DNA from: Candidatus Wukongarchaeum yapensis
GTDB lineage: Archaea; Asgardarchaeota; Wukongarchaeia; Wukongarchaeales; Wukongarchaeaceae
Assembly: GCA_016840425.1 (NCBI GenBank)
Contig: JAEOSI010000014.1
Location: forward strand, 1-20,924
Direction of reading: 5' to 3'
DNA length: 20,924 nucleotides
The notes under the pieces were generated by a model. That model was not told where the DNA came from. It was given only the letters and a program-made list of their open reading frames with translations, and ran no database searches. Position numbers and translations under genes: made by a program. How positions within the stretch are numbered: the stretch's first letter is position 1; each line of letters opens with the position of its first letter. This document shows positions 1 through 7,890 of the stretch, in pieces.

Positions 1-145
1 TAGGATAAGAACAAATGAAAGAGGACAAGACGCAATATGATCGATCAAAACATTAACAAATAATGATTGTAGCGGTTTGGATTATGCCCTCCCAAAAAAA
101 GAAGAAAATTAAAATGAGAAAACTATCTCGAGATAATTTTAGATT

Positions 146-1222
146 TTAGAGGTCTAGGAGTCTTACGAGGAGGGACATTATCGATACATCGCCCGCGCCT
201 ACACTACTTTTTACTTGATCTGCTATAAAACAGGGGATTTGGACTATAGTGAGATCGTTTTCTTTTTTTCTTATGAAGGGATAATCGGTTCTTTTCCCGT
301 CCCTTATCTTTTTAAGTATCAAGTCGGGAGTTGGAGGTTTTGCCATTTCAACGCGTACACATCCTGCTGCAGCTGAGAATGTCATCGATTCCACTAATTT
401 TTCAGGAGAAAATTTTTGCTTTGTTGCTGCTATTTGCCTCCCAGCTTCATGATAAAAGAAAGTTTGAATTTCTGAATTTACCATAATCTTTTTTATCATG
501 TCTTCTACGTTGCCACTTGAAAAGTCGATGGTTTTTGCGAGGTCTACTAGTTCGTATTCATTGGCGCTTAAAACGCTTACTTGAAAGTATATTGTTTCGA
601 CAAGTCCTTTAATCTCTTCTTTGGTGAAAACATTAAAGCCTCCTGTATCCGTTACTGTAAGAACTTTTTCTTTCATTTTTTCTAAAACTTTTTTCACGCG
701 CGGTAAATAGTCCCAGTCTTTGTCATAGAAAAGTACATGCCATCCAACTGGCACAATAACTTCAACACTCTCATCAGTGGATTCAGACAGATTTTCTAAA
801 AACTCGATGTTTTTTGTTATCCTTCTTGCCTCGCCAACATTTAGAATGAAACGTTCTCCAACCTCTTTTGGCTGGATTATTAAAGACATGCCTTCTTCTA
901 GGGCAACTACCCATCCTTTGAAGCCTACGTGTTTACTGTTAAGACGACCAACTTCGTATTCGTTAGCAGCATTACCACCAGTTATTATGGTTATCTCTGT
1001 GCCAGGAATTCGCTTGAGAGTATCCATGAAATAGGGAGGTAATATTTTTACTGGAAGTTCTCCACCAATTCCTTCCTTGAGGGAATTGTAAGCGCTTTTT
1101 AGTGGTTCAAATTCGGGATATTTTTCACTAGCCATTTTTAAGCTTTTGAGGGGTAGTTTTATAACTACGTCTTTTACCTTTTCTCCGACGCACCATAGTT
1201 TTTCTTGGTTTATTGGAATCAC
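146..1222 (-). CDS. ADP-dependent glucokinase/phosphofructokinase (ribokinase superfamily)-like sugar kinase, short divergent form
   Basis: 358-aa ORF with family motifs in the expected order: SLKEGIGGEL, GGNAA, SANEYEL (NxxE), FFYH, and C-terminal KSSVGAGD (anion hole and catalytic Asp). Substrate cannot be determined. Confidence 0.72.
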   Translation of the reverse strand: MIPINQEKLWCVGEKVKDVVIKLPLKSLKMASEKYPEFEPLKSAYNSLKEGIGGELPVKILPPYFMDTLKRIPGTEITIITGGNAANEYEVGRLNSKHVGFKGWVVALEEGMSLIIQPKEVGERFILNVGEARRITKNIEFLENLSESTDESVEVIVPVGWHVLFYDKDWDYLPRVKKVLEKMKEKVLTVTDTGGFNVFTKEEIKGLVETIYFQVSVLSANEYELVDLAKTIDFSSGNVEDMIKKIMVNSEIQTFFYHEAGRQIAATKQKFSPEKLVESMTFSAAAGCVRVEMAKPPTPDLILKKIRDGKRTDYPFIRKKENDLTIVQIPCFIADQVKSSVGAGDVSIMSLLVRLLDL

Positions 1223-1386
1223 ACTCCTTCATAAATGGAGGATGGCTTAAAAGTTGTTTTTTTTTCTTTTTGTTTTTTTTGCTTGTTTTTAGTTTTTTAT
1301 TGATATGATTGTTAGAGAGATTTTGGAGCGGGATTATTTTTTGTTGTTTTACTGTTTTTGATCAGAAAAGTTTTTTAACATGTACT

Positions 1387-1415
1387 AAAAATATATATTT
1401 TTAGGTTATCCTAAA
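1387..1415 (+). promoter_or_regulatory. TATA-like box followed immediately by a DtxR/SirR/MntR-type operator palindrome TTTAGG-TTAT-CCTAAA (1400-1415)
   Basis: Perfect 6-bp inverted repeat whose core TTAGGTTATCCTAA resembles known DtxR/SirR-family boxes (TTAGGTTA-CCTAA type). It abuts AAAAATATATA (1387-1397) and lies 67 nt upstream of the DtxR-family gene. Confidence 0.7.
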
Positions 1416-1482
1416 TTTTTAAAAATCTGAAAACCCTTTATTCTTGAAACTTTCGGGGGGTAAAAAAAGCGGAGGGTAAAAA

Positions 1483-2247
1483 GTGAAGTCAAAACAAAAG
1501 AGTGAAGAAAGAATATGTCTCAGTGCGACGGAAGAAGACTACCTGGCGATGCTCTTGAGATCTCTTGAGAGGGGGGTTAAGAGAGTTAGAACCACAGAGA
1601 TTGCCAAGGTACTTAAGGTGAGTCCTGCCACCGTAACCAACATGCTTGATAGGCTAAAGAGAAGGAAGCTTGTCTATTATCGTAAGTATCATGGTGCTCA
1701 GCTGACAGAAAAGGGCAAGATTTTAGCGGCTAAAATTATTAGAAAACACAGGATAGCCGAGAGATTTCTCGTAGATGTTTTAGGAATGGATTGGACGGAA
1801 ACACATAAGGAAGCCCACGAGCTTGAACATGCCTTAAGTGATGAATTATTAGAGCGTTTTGAGAGGCTTATATCATCGACCACATGCCCGCACGGGCACC
1901 CTATACCATCAAAGAAAGGGGAGATATTTCATGATTGTTCGCAACCGTTAACCGAGTTTGTGGAGGGGGAAGAGGTAAGGATCGCAAAGGTAGCTCATCA
2001 TCTTGAAAAAGATGTTAAAACGCTTAAAAAATTGGAAAAATTAGGATTAGTTCCTGGAATTGAAGTGAAAATTAAACAAAAACAGCCTGTAAATGGTCCC
2101 ATAATGCTTCAAGTAGGCAACAAAAAGCATACGAGAACTATCGCGATCGCTAAAAAGATAGCGGCAAACATTTTCGCAATACCTGCAACAATAAAAGATC
2201 TTTGCTTGGAGAAAGAGGCTTCAAAAGATGAGAAAAGATCACAATAA
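1483..2247 (+). CDS. DtxR/MntR-family metal-dependent transcriptional repressor with C-terminal FeoA/SH3-like domain
   Basis: EDYL...IAKVLKVSPATVTNMLDRL wHTH, LTEKG wing, HRIAERFL and HKEAHELEH metal-site motifs, CPHGHPIP linker, and LGLVPG FeoA-like domain. Confidence 0.95.
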   Translation: MKSKQKSEERICLSATEEDYLAMLLRSLERGVKRVRTTEIAKVLKVSPATVTNMLDRLKRRKLVYYRKYHGAQLTEKGKILAAKIIRKHRIAERFLVDVLGMDWTETHKEAHELEHALSDELLERFERLISSTTCPHGHPIPSKKGEIFHDCSQPLTEFVEGEEVRIAKVAHHLEKDVKTLKKLEKLGLVPGIEVKIKQKQPVNGPIMLQVGNKKHTRTIAIAKKIAANIFAIPATIKDLCLEKEASKDEKRSQ

Positions 2248-4270
2248 TCAAAACAAGAAAAAGAAAGGAGAAATGAAGAGAAAAAGGTGGAGGCGGAGAG
2301 GAAAAGGAAAGGAAAAAAAGGATAAGAAAAAGATCTCTTTAAAAGTCTTTTTAGCAGGACAGCCTAATGTAGGAAAGTCTGCGCTTTTTAACAGGTTAAC
2401 AGGTCTTGGCGTTGATATCAGTAATTACCCCGGGACAACTGTTGAAGTTATGAGAGGAAAAACTTCCTTTCATAGAGAGATCTTGGAAATAGTGGATCTT
2501 CCGGGGGTATATGCCTTTGGTGCTACTTCTGAGGATGAGAGAGTTGCAATAAAAGCTATTTTAGAAGAAAAACCAGATGTTATAGTAAACGTTGTAGATG
2601 CATGCACCCTTGACCGTGACCTTTTCTTCACCATGCAACTTCTTTTATTAAAGATACCCGTAGTTATCGCTTTAAACCAAGTCGATCGAGCGGAAAAATT
2701 GGGTTTATATGTAGATAGTGAAAAGTTGAGTAGAAGTTTGGGTGTTTCAGTGATTCCCATCATAGCCACAAAGGGTCTTGGGATAGATTCGCTTTTCCGC
2801 GTGGTATTAAGGGAAGGGAAAAATGGTGAAGAAAGGCCTATAAAATTAAGACTTGGATATGATATTGATAAAAGAATTAATAGTTTAGAAAAAGAAGTTA
2901 AAGGGAGAGTTTCAAACAATATAATAAGTGATAAGTTGATTGCTCTCTGGTTGCTTGCTAGTGAAGATTATGCATTAAAAGAGGTAATAGATCAAAAAAC
3001 TTGGAAGGAACTAAACTTTTTAGCTAAAGGTTATCAGGATGAGATAGAGAAAATTCATGGGGAAAAAGCTTTTTTTAGATTGGCAAAGGAGATTCATGCC
3101 TATGGGTGGGTAATAGCTGATGCGGTTACTATGCGATTTAAAGAGATTAGGAGAGGGTTAAAAGAAAGATTGGATGAATTAACGACAAGTTTTTCTGTGG
3201 GCATACCTCTTTTAATCGCTATTTTTCTTGCTTCTTTTGCCTTTATAGTTTTTGTGGGAGGGATGCTTGAAGAGTTGATTGTTTGGATGTTTGAGGATAA
3301 TATATCGCCCGTTGTGGAGAGTTTCTTAAACAATTTTATTTCCCCTGAAGGAATTCTTCACGACATAATAATGGATGGAGTTATTTTGGGGATAGAAGCA
3401 GGGATGGCCATAGCAGTACCTTACATCCTCACGTTTTACATTATTTTAGCCCTTTTAGAAGACTCAGGTTATCTCCCCAGGATAGCTTATCTTCTAGATA
3501 ACCTAGCGCATAAGGTGGGGCTTCATGGTAGAGCAGTTATTCCCGCCCTTGGAGGGTTTGGGTGTAGTGTTCCAGCCATTATGGGAACACGGATTTTGGA
3601 AACACGGCGTGAAAGAATAATAGCGGCTTACTTAATAGTGTTAATCCCTTGTTCTGCGAGAAGCGCGGTTATTTTTGGGGCAGTAGGTTATTACGCCGGA
3701 TTCCTTTATGCGTTAGCTGTTTATCTTATAGACTTTCTAATAGTGTTTCTTGCGGGAATAATTCTTAATAGGATACTACCAGGCACCTCTACAGGGTTTC
3801 TCCTTGAAATACCGCCTTTCCGAACTCCAGACGCGCTTAGCGTGATGAAAAAAACATGGTTCAGGATGAAAGACTTCGTCATTATAGCTTTTCCCATATT
3901 GATTGCTGGGAGCGTTTTATTAGCATGGCTTAGCAGTGCAGGATATTTGGATGTGATTACGGATCCGTTAGAACCTGTGACTGTGGGCTTGTTAGGGCTT
4001 CCATCAGAAACTTCCGTACCGCTGATTTATGGCATATTAAGGAAGGAGATGGCCTTAGAAACCCTCGTAATTTTACAAGGAGTAAGCCTTTCAGGTATGA
4101 CGGCTAAACAACTCTTTATTTTCAGCACAGTGATTACGTTGTGGTTTCCTTGCATAGCATCTCTCGGTGTATTGTCCCACGAATTGGGGAAAAGAGTAGC
4201 GGTCCTCATAGCGATTTCAACAATGATGACGGCTTTGGCCGTTGGAGCGCTTTTAAATTTCATCCTATAA
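2228..4270 (+). CDS. feoB: Ferrous iron transporter FeoB
   Basis: G1 GQPNVGKS, G2 NYPGTTV, G3 DLPG, G4 NQVD; gate motifs LEDSGYLPR, GFGCSVPA and IPCSAR; multi-TM C-terminal half. The start may instead be ATG 2273. Confidence 0.96.
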   Translation: MRKDHNNQNKKKKGEMKRKRWRRRGKGKEKKDKKKISLKVFLAGQPNVGKSALFNRLTGLGVDISNYPGTTVEVMRGKTSFHREILEIVDLPGVYAFGATSEDERVAIKAILEEKPDVIVNVVDACTLDRDLFFTMQLLLLKIPVVIALNQVDRAEKLGLYVDSEKLSRSLGVSVIPIIATKGLGIDSLFRVVLREGKNGEERPIKLRLGYDIDKRINSLEKEVKGRVSNNIISDKLIALWLLASEDYALKEVIDQKTWKELNFLAKGYQDEIEKIHGEKAFFRLAKEIHAYGWVIADAVTMRFKEIRRGLKERLDELTTSFSVGIPLLIAIFLASFAFIVFVGGMLEELIVWMFEDNISPVVESFLNNFISPEGILHDIIMDGVILGIEAGMAIAVPYILTFYIILALLEDSGYLPRIAYLLDNLAHKVGLHGRAVIPALGGFGCSVPAIMGTRILETRRERIIAAYLIVLIPCSARSAVIFGAVGYYAGFLYALAVYLIDFLIVFLAGIILNRILPGTSTGFLLEIPPFRTPDALSVMKKTWFRMKDFVIIAFPILIAGSVLLAWLSSAGYLDVITDPLEPVTVGLLGLPSETSVPLIYGILRKEMALETLVILQGVSLSGMTAKQLFIFSTVITLWFPCIASLGVLSHELGKRVAVLIAISTMMTALAVGALLNFIL

Positions 4271-4371
4271 AATAAATAAGTAAGGGCTTAACAAAAGAAA
4301 TATAAAACGTTTTTAAATGAGGTTAAAACGGGAAAAATGCCACACAATACTATTATAAAAGAGCTTATTAG

Positions 4372-5754
4372 ATGGGGGTTCAACTGAATAATAAACAAGA
4401 AAACAAGGTTTTGGTTTTAATTGATGGAGATCACACTGCTCCTGTCATTTCAAAAGGTTTAGAAAAGCTTCGAAAAAAGGGAAAAAAGATAGTCGCAGGT
4501 TTATTTGTGGGAGGGGTTGAAAAAATAGGGGACATTAAAACGTTAGAGAATAGGTTAGGGATCCCTGTAGAAATATTAAAAATGGATTTTCCTAAAGTGC
4601 TTCAATTTTTACATGAAAAACATGGGTCTTTTAACACTATTTTTGACCTTTCAGATCATCCGATATTAAGCCCAAAAGATAGGATGAAGATCGGTGTTGA
4701 AAGCCTTATTAGAGGTTATAAGTATGAGGGAGCAGATTTTTCCTTCGGTCCTTTGGAGCTGAAAGAAAACGTTTTGGATAAATTTTCTTTGGGAGTGATA
4801 GGTACAGGGAAAAGGACGGGAAAAACAGCGATCAGTGCCCATATCGCAAAGATCTTAAAGGAAAGGGGGGTTGAGGTGTGTATAGTGACCATGGGACGTG
4901 GAGGCCCAAAAAAACCAGAACTAATCAAGGGAGAAGAGATTGAAATCACGCCAAAATTCCTCGTAGATTTGGTAAAAAAGGGTTATCATGCAGCAAGTGA
5001 TTGCTGGGAGGATGCTTTAATCGCAAAAGTTGCGATTATTGCTTGTACGAGGTGTGGAGGGGGCTTGGCTGGCAAAACTTTCTATGATAACGTTTTAGAA
5101 GGGGCGAAAATGGCTAACTCGCTTCCTGTAGACGTTGTTATACTTGAAGGAAGCGGTACCGCGATGCCCCCAGTAAAAGCAGATAAATATGTGGTGGTAG
5201 TCTCCGCATGGCAACCTGAGTATCTAATTTCAGAGCATCTTTCCCCGATACATATAAAAATTTCGAGTTTAGCGATAATAACAGGGTGCGAGCCACCAAT
5301 TGCAAGTAGTAAGAAATTGGAAAAAATCGTGAAGAAGATAAAAGCCATTAAACCGGAAATAGAAGTAGTAAAGACTGTTTTCAGACCTGTACCATTAAGC
5401 GATATAACAGGTAAAAAAGTGTTTTACGCCTTTACAGCCCCTCCAGAAATCACAAAAAAGAACATAGATTACCTAGAAAAAACATTTAATTGTTCTGTTC
5501 CATACTATACCAATCAGCTTGCTAATCGGTTAAAGTTAAAAAATGAAATTGAGAAAAATATCGAGAAAGTAGATGTTCTCCTCACAGAGCTTAAGGCGGC
5601 AGCTGTCAATATTGCTACAACTACGGCGCTTTCTTTTGGAAAAGAGACGGTTTACGCCCATAATGCTCCTGTTTTTATAGACGGAACAGTGGAATCTTTG
5701 GATGAAGCGATTCTTAGCCTTATACCGAAAAATAGAGGGATAAAAGATTGGTGA
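4372..5754 (+). CDS. cpgS: Cyclic 2,3-diphosphoglycerate synthetase
   Basis: LIDGDH, GGVEKI, DLSDHP, GTGKRTGKTAIS P-loop, MGRGGP, HAASD, RCGGGLAG, LEGSG and TELKAAA motifs; 460 aa; adjacent to 2-phosphoglycerate kinase. Confidence 0.95.
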   Translation: MGVQLNNKQENKVLVLIDGDHTAPVISKGLEKLRKKGKKIVAGLFVGGVEKIGDIKTLENRLGIPVEILKMDFPKVLQFLHEKHGSFNTIFDLSDHPILSPKDRMKIGVESLIRGYKYEGADFSFGPLELKENVLDKFSLGVIGTGKRTGKTAISAHIAKILKERGVEVCIVTMGRGGPKKPELIKGEEIEITPKFLVDLVKKGYHAASDCWEDALIAKVAIIACTRCGGGLAGKTFYDNVLEGAKMANSLPVDVVILEGSGTAMPPVKADKYVVVVSAWQPEYLISEHLSPIHIKISSLAIITGCEPPIASSKKLEKIVKKIKAIKPEIEVVKTVFRPVPLSDITGKKVFYAFTAPPEITKKNIDYLEKTFNCSVPYYTNQLANRLKLKNEIEKNIEKVDVLLTELKAAAVNIATTTALSFGKETVYAHNAPVFIDGTVESLDEAILSLIPKNRGIKDW

Positions 5755-6698
5755 TTAAAGTTTTGGGGAAGGGTTTCTCAACACCCTTTTCTAGAGGTAT
5801 TTTAGCTCAAAGGCTTTCAGCTACAGGCTTGGACCCGAAAAAGGCTTATTCCATAGCGGAAAGATTGCTTTTAGAACTTCAAAATAAACAAGTCCAAGAG
5901 ATTTCCACAGAAGAGTTGGATGAAAGGATAATTGAGATTCTTTTGGGCGAAGTGGGAGAAACTACTGCGAAAAGATTTTTAATGTATAGGAAGCTCAGAC
6001 AACTCGAAGAACCCATCATAATTTTAATATCTGGGACGACGGGGGTGGGAAAATCAACCATAGCTTCCATGTTGGCAAGCAGGCTTAACATCCACTACGT
6101 CATAGGAACAGACATAATAAGGGAAATTTTTAGGAAAGTGCTTTCAAAGGAGTTGTTTCCAAGCCTCCACACCTCCACATATATGGCCTGGAAGGAGTTA
6201 AAACGTTACATACCTCCCACATATTCAAGGGAGATTTTAGGGTATGAGGAACAGGCAAAACTTGTCACTGTGGGTATAGAGGCAATCAGTCAAAGAGCAT
6301 TCGTAGAAGGAATTTCTATGGTTATAGAGGGGGTGCACATATCCCCAAACTTGATAGCAAAAGAGTTCCTTGGAAATCTTAACACGATTTTCATGTTCTT
6401 GAATCTTAAGGATGAGAAAGTACACAGAGAAAGATTCCATTCTAGAGCGACAAACGTGGTTATAAAGCGTCCTATAGAAAAATACTTAGAAAATTTTGAT
6501 AGTATTAGAAAGATCCAAGATTATCTTCGGGAACAGGCAAGGATTACAGATATTCCAATAATTGAGAATCAGAACATTGATGACACCTTAAAAACGATGC
6601 TCGATTTTGTATATCATGCCATTGAGTGTATCGTAACCTCAAAGCTATCCCCAGAAGAAATCGAACTCTTAAAAATAACTAAAAAATCTAATTTTTGA
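5751..6698 (+). CDS. pgk2: 2-phosphoglycerate kinase (ATP-cone + P-loop)
   Basis: PFSRGILAQRL ATP-cone, ISGTTGVGKST, IGTDIIRE, LHTSTY and VIEGVHISP. GTG 5751 overlaps the cpgS TGA stop (GTGA), with GAGGG upstream; TTG 5748 is an alternative start. Confidence 0.93.
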   Translation: MIKVLGKGFSTPFSRGILAQRLSATGLDPKKAYSIAERLLLELQNKQVQEISTEELDERIIEILLGEVGETTAKRFLMYRKLRQLEEPIIILISGTTGVGKSTIASMLASRLNIHYVIGTDIIREIFRKVLSKELFPSLHTSTYMAWKELKRYIPPTYSREILGYEEQAKLVTVGIEAISQRAFVEGISMVIEGVHISPNLIAKEFLGNLNTIFMFLNLKDEKVHRERFHSRATNVVIKRPIEKYLENFDSIRKIQDYLREQARITDIPIIENQNIDDTLKTMLDFVYHAIECIVTSKLSPEEIELLKITKKSNF

Positions 6699-6844
6699 CT
6701 ACTTTTACGCATAAAACTTCTTAATTTTCAGGGTACCACATCGTGAAAGTTTAAAATGATTGAAGGGGAAGGCGCAAATATTTAAAGAGACAAAAACTTA
6801 AAATATTTAAGTAAATCGTCCCCTTATATTAAAGTTAAAACATT

Positions 6845-6948
6845 GGGTCGGTAGTCCAGATTGGTTAAGATGCCAGCTTGGGGTTTTATGAAAAACTTTT
6901 CTTGGAACAATGAGTTGGTGATCGCGGGTTCAAATCCCGTCCGACCCA
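6845..6948 (+). tRNA. tRNA-Pro(GGG) with ~29-nt intron at canonical 37/38 (6884-6912); CCA not encoded
   Basis: Acceptor stem GGGTCGG/CCGACCC plus discriminator A; D-loop with TGG; anticodon stem CCAGC/GTTGG with loop TT-GGG-G|intron|A; T-arm GCGGG-TTCAAAT-CCCGT. Confidence 0.92.
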
Positions 6949-7122
6949 CTTACAAACACCCTCTTTTAAACCTCTTAGAGATGTTATTTTGATTATCGGG
7001 GGATTTTTAAGAGAGTTATGATTACCGGTCATAATTAGTATCACTTTTGTAACTGAACTAGTGCGGTGCTTATAAACGGTTTTTTGTAATGTTATATAGA
7101 AAAAGTTGTTAGTGGGAGGGAG

Positions 7123-7196
7123 GGTGGCGCGGTTTTTATAAAAAGACGTATGGCACAAAAATGGCGTTCTGTATAAAAAACGTTACCGCGTCACCA
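7123..7196 (+). ncRNA. Candidate tRNA-sized structured non-coding element
   Basis: 11-bp GC-rich terminal stem GGTGGCGCGGT (7123-7133) / ACCGCGTCACC (7185-7195) with one G-U pair and additional internal pairing. TTATATA at 7092-7098 lies 25 nt upstream and a T-tract follows at 7204-7215. Confidence 0.4.
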
Positions 7197-7431
7197 TGTA
7201 GAATTTTTCTTTTCTAGGGTTTATAAGGGTTTTTATTACACGCTTTTTATTTATTTGAGGGTCCTTGAGATCCTTGAAAAATCGGGATCTACATAGACGA
7301 ATAAACTCAATCGTTTTCGAGAATAATTTGCGATATCTGCGGATCGTTTTGAGAGAACATTTTATTAGAATTAGTCCCTATAATTAATTGTAGAAGTAAG
7401 TTTTCCCTCGATGGGTTTTGGAGGGAGAAAA

Positions 7432-7689
7432 TTGGTTGATAATGAGTATAAAGATAAAAGTGAAATCTACAAAGGTGAGAAAACGATCATACACTTTACC
7501 TTTGTAATGGCTTGCAACGATCCTCAATTTGCAGCCGACTTCCTCTACAAAGCCCTAAAAAAGGAGAGAAAGGAGAACCTCTTCCCGATTTTCAAGGAAA
7601 GAGTCGCAAATCTCTTGGAACAAGAACGATATAATTATGAAGCCAGCTGTCTGAGAACAATAAACAAAATAAAAATGGAAGAAAAATAA
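7432..7689 (+). CDS. Hypothetical small protein, paralog A (85 aa from TTG)
   Basis: GGAGGG at 7420-7425 precedes TTG 7432. 49/78 aligned positions are identical to paralog B. ATG 7411 is in frame here, but the equivalent ATG in copy B (8023) is out of frame, which favours the TTG start. Confidence 0.8.
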   Translation: MVDNEYKDKSEIYKGEKTIIHFTFVMACNDPQFAADFLYKALKKERKENLFPIFKERVANLLEQERYNYEASCLRTINKIKMEEK

Positions 7690-7700
7690 ACACTTCTTAA

Positions 7701-7778
7701 TTATTCTTTTTCTTTTTTTAGTTTTTCTAGGTTTTCTAGTAGGCTGCCTTCTTTTTTCTTGGTGATGGCGAGGGGCAT
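7701..7778 (-). CDS. Conserved basic micro-ORF MPLAITKKKEGSLLENLEKLKKEKE (or the 3' end of an eroded gene)
   Basis: The homolog in copy B differs at many synonymous third positions (CCC/CCT, CTC/CTT, AAG/AAA, AAA/AAG, CTA/CTT, CTA/CTG, GAA/GAG). Confidence 0.5.
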   Translation of the reverse strand: MPLAITKKKEGSLLENLEKLKKEKE

Positions 7779-7816
7779 TTCTTCTAGATTCTAAAAAACA
7801 TGTTAACTTTTGCCGG

Positions 7817-7890
7817 CAAAATCTTCTCTATTTCTGCTAATTTTTCCACGATTTTTCTCCTTTTTCTGTAAGTGAAATCTTCCTAAAGGA
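7817..7890 (-). pseudogene. Remnant of the C-terminus of a winged helix-turn-helix regulator
   Basis: The minus strand reads FRKISLTEKGEK, then IVEKLAEIEKIL after a 1-nt frameshift in an A5 run. This is the wing plus final helix pattern of MarR-like/archaeal wHTH proteins. No intact N-terminus is present. Confidence 0.45.

Larger units (their letters stand above)
7327..7789. repeat. Copy A of a diverged tandem direct repeat (period ~596 nt)
   Basis: Shares with copy B the TTTGCG(A/G)TATCTGCGGAT block, ATAATTAATTG, the TTCCCTC..GAGGGA hairpin, the ~80-aa ORF and the downstream GGCATTTCTTC block. Confidence 0.92.

Noticed and set aside
1-145. Possible 3' end of a + strand gene at the window start (frame open to TGA at 38-40)
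   Set aside because: Only 12 codons are visible and no motif is present.
6961-7034. Imperfect hairpin 6961-6970/7006-7015 and small inverted repeat TTATGA/TCATAA (7016-7034)
   Set aside because: AT-rich with G-U pairs and compatible with chance or tRNA trailer structure; no independent support.
6886-7158. 90-aa minus-strand ORF
   Set aside because: Runs antisense through the tRNA-Pro and the structured region; no protein-like features.
7830-7875. Minus-strand YRKRRKIVE resembling the Y-x2-R-x3-E motif of IS4/IS5/IS1182 transposases
   Set aside because: The following residues do not fit a transposase, and the adjacent frame is better explained as a wHTH wing (LTEKG).
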